Below are positions 16,227 to 23,217 of a DNA stretch of 32,000 nt, one piece after another (position 1 is the stretch's first letter; each line of letters starts with the position of its first letter). The notes beneath the pieces were generated by a model that worked only from the letters and a program-made list of their open reading frames with translations, was not told where the DNA came from and did not search any database. Source of the stretch: an uncultured Thalassotalea sp. (GTDB taxonomy: Bacteria > Pseudomonadota > Gammaproteobacteria > Enterobacterales > Alteromonadaceae); the NCBI GenBank assembly GCA_947502355.1, contig CANMZP010000007.1, forward strand, positions 43,775 to 75,774, given 5' to 3'. The translations under genes were made by a program, and so were the position numbers.

Positions 16227-16844
16227 ATGCAAAATAAAAACATCATCATCACTCCATGTTCAGATACCAAAATTCACAACGAATCACCGGCATACCTTAT
16301 GTACAAAAGTACATTAATGCAAATGATAAACAGCGTTGGTTTTGAGCAAGTTTCAGCAAAATTTGAGGTTTTATTCTTATCTGCTCGATATGGTTTAATC
16401 CACAGTTCGACAATCATTAAAAAATATAATGAAGTCCTGAATGGTGATGATAGCCAGTTGAATGCTTTTGTTGTAAAGCATAGGGGTTCAGCTAATAAAT
16501 TACTAAACAGTTTTGCTAATTCACAAGTCACTGTTTATACATTTCTTTTCAAGAATTACCTGAAAGTCTTCAGAGCACTAAATTTAGTGTCTTTGAAAAA
16601 GTTTAAAGGCGTTTACCATTCTGAAAATGTTCGTGGCTCTGGCGACCACAGAGGGCGTTTGAGTAAGGTTATTCACACAAAGCTTTACCCATCCACTAAA
16701 GCACCAACTTACTTTCGTAGCGGCTGCTGTAATGACACAGAATTTTTGGGATTCTTAACAGCGGGTGAAGCAATTGGGACTTCGTTAGCTTATATTTCCA
16801 AAAACAAGAAACTGTTCCAATACTCTCTTGACGCCATCAACTAG
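16227..16844 (+). CDS. DUF6884-like protein (N-terminal module of a probably disrupted longer gene)
   Basis: IIITPCSDTK...YLMYKS...VLFLSARYGLI...YNEVL matches the xxSCSxxK...lY...iLSAkyGL...Y pattern I associate with DUF6884. It ends at a TAG that is in frame with the following ORF. Confidence 0.5.
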   Translation: MQNKNIIITPCSDTKIHNESPAYLMYKSTLMQMINSVGFEQVSAKFEVLFLSARYGLIHSSTIIKKYNEVLNGDDSQLNAFVVKHRGSANKLLNSFANSQVTVYTFLFKNYLKVFRALNLVSLKKFKGVYHSENVRGSGDHRGRLSKVIHTKLYPSTKAPTYFRSGCCNDTEFLGFLTAGEAIGTSLAYISKNKKLFQYSLDAIN

Positions 16845-17540
16845 GGAAAGCCGGTCTTTATTGATAATGGGGTTATAACCGCTACTAATGCTGGTAAATC
16901 AATATCAAATCAGCAAGTTATGACGCAGTACACAAACCTTGTAAGTAGCATTGCTGATGCGTCCTCGCTTTCTATTGTGATACCTGACTGTCCCCACTCA
17001 CAAGATGAATCCCTTAAAGTGATCAGAACATATAAGAATTCAATAAAATGGTTAGCCAAGAGTTGTAACGTAATTATCGTATTCCACAAGGGTAGCGATT
17101 GGACACCCCTCGACCATTTGAGAAAAGTTACCAAGGAACTTGGTGAAGACATCAATTTTACTGTTGGTATACCTTGTCGCACTACCAGCCAACATGACTG
17201 GCGCCTTCCTGCAGCAGATATTGAAAAGCTATTTAATTATAAAGTCAGTGTTGGAAATTATTTTGTTAAAAAAGCTCATTACTTGGCGTTGTCTGAATTT
17301 ACCCGGGGCCAACACCATATTGATTGCATGAACCTATGAGAAATGTACGGCGTTGAATTGTTAGCAGATAGCCCGAGAGTACCCGCGTTATTCGGTAATG
17401 AGCAATCTTCTAATCGCCAAGGCAGTGTTGTATCTCGACAGCTTAGGGCAGCATCACCAAATCCAATATCCAATCTGACCAAGGATATATTGATTACAAC
17501 CGAGAAAATGAGATTGATGAAGCACACTTATGGGATTTAA
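16227..17540 (+). pseudogene. probable decayed gene: one 438-codon frame interrupted only by TAG (16842-16844) and TGA (17337-17339)
   Basis: ORFs 16227..16844, 16920..17339 and 17343..17540 all share one frame. The 25 codons between the TAG and the next ATG are open (GKPVFIDNGVITATNAGKSISNQQV). A further overlapping open frame, 17447..17836, suggests an additional frameshift. Confidence 0.4.
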
Positions 17541-17572
17541 TAAACGACCTTGATTGGCAGAAGAAATTTGAC

Positions 17573-17836
17573 TTGTGGGAAAAGGTTTCTGGCATTGAGC
17601 TATGTTCCGTTTCCGAGTTCGCTAATGAAATGGATCTTGAGGAATATTACTGGCAAATAGTTAGCTATGTTGAGTCATGGCCACAGGTATTTGAGAAAAT
17701 TAAAGACCACTTTTATCATGAATTTTGGCAACCAGAACATAATGCTAATAGTTCTCTGGTGCGAACCGAAGCGATAATAGCCTGTCATGGCATTAATCGA
17801 GTTAGAAACTCAGTTCAACTGCCTTTCGGTTTTTAA
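17573..17836 (+). CDS. hypothetical acidic/aromatic protein or C-terminal remnant of the decayed upstream gene
   Basis: TTG start only. The frame is open from 17447 with no ATG or GTG. The sequence (DEAHLWDLINDLDWQKKFDLWEKV...) looks protein-like. Confidence 0.35.
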   Translation: MWEKVSGIELCSVSEFANEMDLEEYYWQIVSYVESWPQVFEKIKDHFYHEFWQPEHNANSSLVRTEAIIACHGINRVRNSVQLPFGF

Positions 17837-17849
17837 TTTTATAACCTCT

Positions 17850-19013
17850 CTACCCCCTATAAGCGCCTAAGTTTGCCTTATCAAGCATCCTTTCAAAAAG
17901 GCTTTTCTTAAATAGCGATTTGGATTTTTTAATAACTAAAAGTAACTTTATAAATTCAGTAGAATCAGCAAAAAAGTTAGGATATGCAGCCTTAATTTCG
18001 TCTAGATGCTCGGTGTAGACCAATGCGACCACCATATTCCTTCCTCGGTTTACCGTTTCTTTTTCAGCTTCAGTGTATGCTGCTTCAGCATTTTTAGAAT
18101 CGTCTTCGGCAAAAATTCGGTATTGTAAGGTTGATTTTTTTATATCGATGTTTATAAGAACGTAGCCACTTAAATCATCATCAATTTCCGAAAGGGCTTG
18201 GTCAACCATTTTAAGGGATGATGCAAAAGCATTTAGCTTTTCTAAAACCCCTAATTCATCTTCCAAATCAATGACTGTTAAGGCTTCATCTGCTAACCCC
18301 CTGTCCTTAACTAACTTGGTCATGTACTCTTTCAATTGATAAGAATTATTTTGTCTTCCGAAAAGGTGAACTTTATCCATCACAGAAAATTGCCCGGAGA
18401 TTTTATAGAAAAACTCGCTCCATAACTTCTCACCTTGGTTAGTTTTTAATGATTGTTTTGTAAAAAGATCAACAATTTCAAGAGCTGTAGCCCAGTAGTG
18501 CTGGATGTTCGTTCTTATTTGAACCTCAATAGTGTGTAGTTTGCCATTTTCATCTGGAAAGTGGCCCATAATATGATGACTTCTATAGCCATCTCTTTTA
18601 GGTCTTTCTAAATAATTCTTCTGCCTAATTTGTCCTTTGGCGCACTTAAATTCAGGCCTTTTTCTGAGGGCCCTAACGATTTGAGTAACTTTTTTCTCGT
18701 TTTCAACAATAACTCTGCAGCCTCCAATATCCTGCATATTCTTTAGGCTCATTTTGGGAAAACGACGCAGCTTTAATACAATAGATGGGTATCTCTTTAA
18801 TCTTTTAGCGTACAGTGCATTAGCTTCTATCGGGGTTACAACTTCTTTGACAACCTTTAAGCCATTTTCTAAAGGGGTTGTATGGCAAGCCCTCCAATAT
18901 GAAAGGGTATCCATAGTCTTGTTGAACTTTTCCTTGTTCTTTAATGTTTCCTCGCATAAAAAGTTTTGACCTGCTTTAGTTATTTGTTTTCCTGAGTAGC
19001 TAACATCTGCCAT
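17850..19013 (-). CDS. RelA/SpoT-domain nucleotide pyrophosphokinase (small alarmone synthetase-like) with a ~190-aa C-terminal extension
   Basis: Synthetase motifs are intact: AKRLKRYPSIVLKLRR, MQDIGGCRVIV, DGYRSHHIM and IEVQIRTNIQHYWATALE. There is no HD hydrolase, TGS or ACT domain. I prefer the ATG at 19013 (GGAAGA 9 nt upstream) over the track TTG at 19022. Confidence 0.85.
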   Translation of the reverse strand: MADVSYSGKQITKAGQNFLCEETLKNKEKFNKTMDTLSYWRACHTTPLENGLKVVKEVVTPIEANALYAKRLKRYPSIVLKLRRFPKMSLKNMQDIGGCRVIVENEKKVTQIVRALRKRPEFKCAKGQIRQKNYLERPKRDGYRSHHIMGHFPDENGKLHTIEVQIRTNIQHYWATALEIVDLFTKQSLKTNQGEKLWSEFFYKISGQFSVMDKVHLFGRQNNSYQLKEYMTKLVKDRGLADEALTVIDLEDELGVLEKLNAFASSLKMVDQALSEIDDDLSGYVLINIDIKKSTLQYRIFAEDDSKNAEAAYTEAEKETVNRGRNMVVALVYTEHLDEIKAAYPNFFADSTEFIKLLLVIKKSKSLFKKSLFERMLDKANLGAYRG

Positions 19014-19153
19014 GAAGTACAATCTTCCAATTTCAATATGAAATATAAATACTATCGGATTTTTGGTGATTGTTATAGAGCGTATGGAACTGTTTTAAAA
19101 ATAAAAAAGGGAACATCAAGCCCCCTTAAACATCAAATGTTGAGAGTTTCTTA

Positions 19154-19318
19154 TCATTCATTGTTAATGCGGTTGTAAATTTCCTCACGATGCACAGGTA
19201 CATGATTTGGTGCTCTAACACCAATTCTAACTTGATTACCTTTAACACCTATTACAGCTACTACGACGTTGTTACCAATGTGAAGTTGTTCGCCTACGCG
19301 ACGAGTTAGGATAAGCAT
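19154..19318 (-). CDS. csrA: CsrA/RsmA-family RNA-binding translational regulator (54 aa)
   Basis: Hand translation gives [54 protein letters not shown]. This is near-collinear with E. coli CsrA ([51 protein letters not shown]). It is absent from the ORF track because it is shorter than 60 aa. Confidence 0.85.
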   Translation of the reverse strand: MLILTRRVGEQLHIGNNVVVAVIGVKGNQVRIGVRAPNHVPVHREEIYNRINNE

Positions 19319-19411
19319 AATATTAAGTTCTTTTTAATTAAGTTGAATTTATGTGCCTATTAACAAGGCACAATTTAAGTGTAGATGAATTTACCAAGTC
19401 AAAAAAAATTA

Positions 19412-19885
19412 CTAACTTTCTTGCTCGTGTAAATCAAGTAAATCACAAATATCCAAAGCCATCGTGCCTGGGCAAATCCATTTTTCTGTATATCCATTTC
19501 TTATATCTTCTAACTCATATTCATCAGGCCAATTTGATGCAATGTTTTGAACTATATGAGAAAGATACTCGGTTAGAATATGAAATTTATCGTATTCAAG
19601 CTCTAACTCGGGATGATGTTCAAGAGCATATAATTCAAAGTGCAAGTAGGAATATATAGCCTCTAAAAACACTTCGCTGACCATCTTTACCTGGGCAAGA
19701 CATAGGCCATCAATGACCCTTTTAAGGTCGTGATATAACATTGCTTCGCCGTTTTGACAGTTATCAATACAGCTTTCCCAATTGGTAGAGCTTTTGGTTT
19801 GATCTAATTCAGTAATGATTTGTCTACTCATTTGCAGAAGTATTTCATCAGCTGAGATAAGTGATTTGGTACCCATTAATAGCAT
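19412..19885 (-). CDS. hypothetical acidic cytoplasmic protein (157 aa)
   Basis: ATG at 19885 with GGAG overlapping the stop of the upstream gene. The track start at 19942 would overlap that gene by 53 nt. Confidence 0.55.
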   Translation of the reverse strand: MLLMGTKSLISADEILLQMSRQIITELDQTKSSTNWESCIDNCQNGEAMLYHDLKRVIDGLCLAQVKMVSEVFLEAIYSYLHFELYALEHHPELELEYDKFHILTEYLSHIVQNIASNWPDEYELEDIRNGYTEKWICPGTMALDICDLLDLHEQES

Positions 19886-19889
19886 AATT

Positions 19890-20324
19890 TTACTCCGGCG
19901 TTGTGATTGCTTTAATTTCTGAAATCTTTTGTACTTCCACATCTGTAAGGGAATCTTTATTCAAAGCGAAAAACCTACCTTGCGTTGTGTAGCCGGTATC
20001 GTCATTTCCATTCGCCATTACCAAGTAGTTGTACTTATTTATTTGAGATTTGTATAAAGGGGATGAACAACCCCCTTCCAGGTTGGTTAACTTAATAGTT
20101 TCAGTTAGCACCTTGCCTTTTAAAACTTCAATTACCTTGAGCTTTACTTTCTGGTCCGGGGAATCAACCAGGGAAACCACTTCACCAATAAATACAACAT
20201 CATGCCTTTGAGCGACTTTTGATGGATCAAAATACGTGATACCTGAACTACTTACCTGACATGCAGTGCTACTTGTTGAAAAGAAAATAATCACAGAAAT
20301 TAGGAAAAAAATTATGTGTTTCAT
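19890..20324 (-). CDS. secreted protein, possibly with a TIMP/NTR-like OB fold
   Basis: Signal peptide MKHIIFFLISVIIFFSTSSTAC. The mature N-terminal Cys followed by DVVFIGEVVSL...KVKLKVIEVLKG resembles bacterial TIMP-like domains. This is weak and by eye only. Confidence 0.55.
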   Translation of the reverse strand: MKHIIFFLISVIIFFSTSSTACQVSSSGITYFDPSKVAQRHDVVFIGEVVSLVDSPDQKVKLKVIEVLKGKVLTETIKLTNLEGGCSSPLYKSQINKYNYLVMANGNDDTGYTTQGRFFALNKDSLTDVEVQKISEIKAITTPE

Positions 20325-20629
20325 AAAACCTCAGTTAGTTTAAAAATTTGATTTCTTTTAAACAGTACACGTTTGAAAAGCAGCTGCAGAAAATGGCCCA
20401 GGTGAAATTCATAAGGTCATTAATGCGCTATTATTGCATTGGGTTGTATGTAATACTGACTTTATAAATAGGGGCTTTGCACCCATCCCCTCGAAATTTA
20501 TAAATACCTAGTTACATGTAACATTGAGTGAGTAACTGATTTATATGGTTTTTTCTCTTGTTACAGTTTCTGATTAATTTAATACGATAAAACTCTTTCA
20601 CTTCAATTTAAATTAAGCAATAAATACAA

Positions 20630-20938
20630 TCATTTAGTGTAAGAAAGCTGTGTTATATTGCTGTCTTTAGCACTCAAGCTGCTTAACTCCATATTTTTCC
20701 GTATCAACGTCGCATTTTGTGATTGAACCTTAGCGAGCATCGCTTTTAACTCAGCAACCTCGTTTCTAAGTTCACGGTTGCGCTCTTTACATTCATTTAG
20801 TTCTGCATGTTTGGCATCTCGCTGCTGTCGAATACCTTTATTCACACCACCTTTGATGCGCTCTAACAGGTCGGGGCAATCTCGATGGATCAACGCTCGA
20901 CTGACACCCGCTTCCTCGGCAACAGCCGCCACACTCAT
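20630..20938 (-). CDS. HTH DNA-binding protein with a C-terminal coiled coil, possibly 5'-truncated
   Basis: VAEEAGVSRALIHR is an HTH. NRELRNEVAELKAMLAKVQSQN is coiled coil. The frame stays open 40 codons upstream of the ATG (to 21058) with protein-like sequence (KQVRLAIIRIEKGRPNIISDHRK) but no ATG, GTG or TTG. Confidence 0.5.
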   Translation of the reverse strand: MSVAAVAEEAGVSRALIHRDCPDLLERIKGGVNKGIRQQRDAKHAELNECKERNRELRNEVAELKAMLAKVQSQNATLIRKNMELSSLSAKDSNITQLSYTK

Positions 20939-21373
20939 TTTTCGGTGATCGGAAATGATATTAGGGCGACCTTTTTCGATGCGAATAATGGCAAGTCGAA
21001 CCTGTTTGTGTGTTGGTTGGTTTTTCTTTTTGGTTAGATCAGGAAAGATTGAACGATATTAAATTGGGAATTAACATTTATCACCTCAATTTATTTTCTC
21101 TGATGTAAATTGACAATAAAGTTTCATACTATTGAGTTAAATATGGCTCAGTTTTTAAAATTTCGAAGATGGTTATGATAATAAAGTTTAATACTTTATG
21201 TGAATTGCTCTATTTTAATTCCTAGTTACTGCGCTACAGCTGTTAGCGCTTGATCAATATTAAAAAAGTTGCCAACAGTCGCTTCAGTGCCAAAAGTAGG
21301 GATGGTGACCAGGAAAAGTCATCCACGAGACGTTGTGGATCTCAAATTGAAATGCGACCGGCCCTTCAGTGCC

Positions 21374-23125
21374 CAGACTGTGTGAATATTGATTGTGAAT
21401 TAGAACGGTATATCGCTTTTCTATAGGGTGAGCGTAGCGAACCCGAAATTTTGAAATTTCCAGATATCGCTTTATTCCTATGCTTTTAAGATGATTTTTG
21501 GGGCTGCTATAGCTTTTTCATTCTGTTTTACGCAAAAATAATGGCCGTTAGGCCATTATTGCCCTCATTAACGAACCTGCACCAACTATGTTTATCATTC
21601 TCTGGATATTGTAGGCGAGAACACTCAAATCCATTTCTGTGCCAACATTTTTGAAGCCTTTAGTTAAGAAATGAGTCGCTCCCATCCTCATTTTTATCGT
21701 ACCAAATGGGTGCTCAACCGTTTGCTTTCTTATCACCGTTGTATCCGGTGCTTTTTCGTACCTCTCAAGCATGTCATCAATTTCATTTTCATGAACCCAG
21801 CGCTTCATTTTTCTAGGGGCTGATTTGGATGTCGTGCATTTAGCTCTAATTGAACATAACCGACAAGCGGCATGATCTCGATATACTTTGAGCTCTAAGC
21901 CTGCTTCATGCACAGTCGATGCAAAAGGCAATTCATTTCCTGCTGGGCAAGTATATAAATCTTTTTCCCTATCGTATTTAAATACAGAGCGATTGAAGAT
22001 ACCTTTCTTATCCGAGCCAGATGTATCTCCCTTAGGAACCAGTGCTTCGGCGCCGGTATCTTGACAGCCTTTGATATCTGCTCTGCTGAAGTAACCTTTA
22101 TCAGCTATCACGGTTATGCCTTTCTGTCCTAACGCGCTCTGTGCTTGTTTTGTCATTTCTGTTAACTGCCCACAGTCAGGAGTGTTTGTCACGTCATGGG
22201 CGAGGATTAAATGATTTTTTGTATCAACGACACTCTGTACGTTGTAACACACTTGCCGCTCATAGTTGCGGGTCTTCATTAGTCTGGAATCAGGGTCGGT
22301 TTCTGAGATTTGTTTATCTGGATGAGCTTCTACTTTTTCTTTAATTTCATTGAATTCGGCGAGCTTACTTTTTAGATAAGAAATTTTCTGCTCTATGCTT
22401 TCTTTTGATTCACTACCTTCATCGTTATCAGCAGAATCAAGTTTATCCAGATAGCGTTGGATATGCTTTTCAACGCGTTCAATATGGAATTTTAATTTGC
22501 CTGGCGTGTAGTTTTTCGACTTGTTATTCACGGCCTTAAACTTGCTGCCATCTACAGCAACAACAGCGTCTTTGAACATGTTTAATTGTCGGCAAATATC
22601 AATGAAGGTACGGCAAACGTTTTTTATGCCTTTGCTATTGTCTTTACGGAAGTCGGCTATGGTTTTAAAGTCGGGTGCCAACCGACGAGTCAGCCACATG
22701 AGTTCGACGTTTCGTTGCGCTTCGCGCTCTAAACGACGGCTAGATTGGATACGGTTAAGGTAGCCATAGAGATAAAGCTTGAGCATGGTTGCAGGGTCAT
22801 ATCCTGGTCGACCGACATGCTTTGGTCTTGCACGTTGAAATCCCATCTCTTCAAGATTAAGTTCATCTACAAAAACATCGAGTACACGAACTGTATTTTC
22901 TTCGGAGATAAAATCATCAAGCACTTCTGGAAACATCGTTGCTTGAGTTCGACTTCTCCCTTTAATATAGCCAGCCATATCAGCGCCTTATCTGTATTCT
23001 TATAATATCTAGAATATCAAAAGCTAGAACTACTGGCTAATAAATGAGCAGTCTTAACTAGATTAATTGATCATAAGATCAGGATTAATATGCCCGATTG
23101 GAATTAATAGTTTTCACACAGTCTG
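21374..23125 (-). mobile_element. IS1182-family (IS5-related) insertion sequence, 1752 bp, apparently intact
   Basis: Terminal inverted repeats CAGACTGTGTGAA (21374-21386) and TTCACACAGTCTG (23113-23125), with further imperfect matching inward. Flanked by a direct TGCC at 21370-21373 and 23126-23129 (4-bp target duplication). Contains a single full-length transposase ORF. Confidence 0.8.
21548..22978 (-). CDS. IS1182-family DDE transposase
   Basis: 476 aa. The N-terminal segment MFPEVLDDFISEENTVRVLDVFVDELNL...GRPGYDPATMLKLYLYGYLNRIQSSRRLEREAQRNVELMWL is characteristic of IS1182/IS5-type transposases. Confidence 0.9.
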   Translation of the reverse strand: MAGYIKGRSRTQATMFPEVLDDFISEENTVRVLDVFVDELNLEEMGFQRARPKHVGRPGYDPATMLKLYLYGYLNRIQSSRRLEREAQRNVELMWLTRRLAPDFKTIADFRKDNSKGIKNVCRTFIDICRQLNMFKDAVVAVDGSKFKAVNNKSKNYTPGKLKFHIERVEKHIQRYLDKLDSADNDEGSESKESIEQKISYLKSKLAEFNEIKEKVEAHPDKQISETDPDSRLMKTRNYERQVCYNVQSVVDTKNHLILAHDVTNTPDCGQLTEMTKQAQSALGQKGITVIADKGYFSRADIKGCQDTGAEALVPKGDTSGSDKKGIFNRSVFKYDREKDLYTCPAGNELPFASTVHEAGLELKVYRDHAACRLCSIRAKCTTSKSAPRKMKRWVHENEIDDMLERYEKAPDTTVIRKQTVEHPFGTIKMRMGATHFLTKGFKNVGTEMDLSVLAYNIQRMINIVGAGSLMRAIMA

Positions 23126-23217
23126 TGCCATTAACAGACCTTCATGTGACTTTGTAATCTGGGAGCAAATCGTATGAATAGCCCCACAGAAAAATAAAAT
23201 GGGGCTAGATAGAGTCG

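Noticed and set aside
17343-17540. The 65-aa ORF as an independent gene.
   Set aside because: It is in the same frame as the two preceding ORFs and starts one codon after their TGA. It has no SD and a Ser/Arg/Pro-rich translation. It is better explained as part of the decayed 16227..17540 frame.
10172-17852. Reassignment of TAG as a sense codon on this replicon.
   Set aside because: TAG ends several genes at sensible lengths (17850..19013, 14602..14952, 15293..15712 and 10187..10705) with nothing coherent downstream. The 16227 frame is also broken by a TGA. Ordinary nonsense decay or chance in-frame adjacency is therefore more likely.
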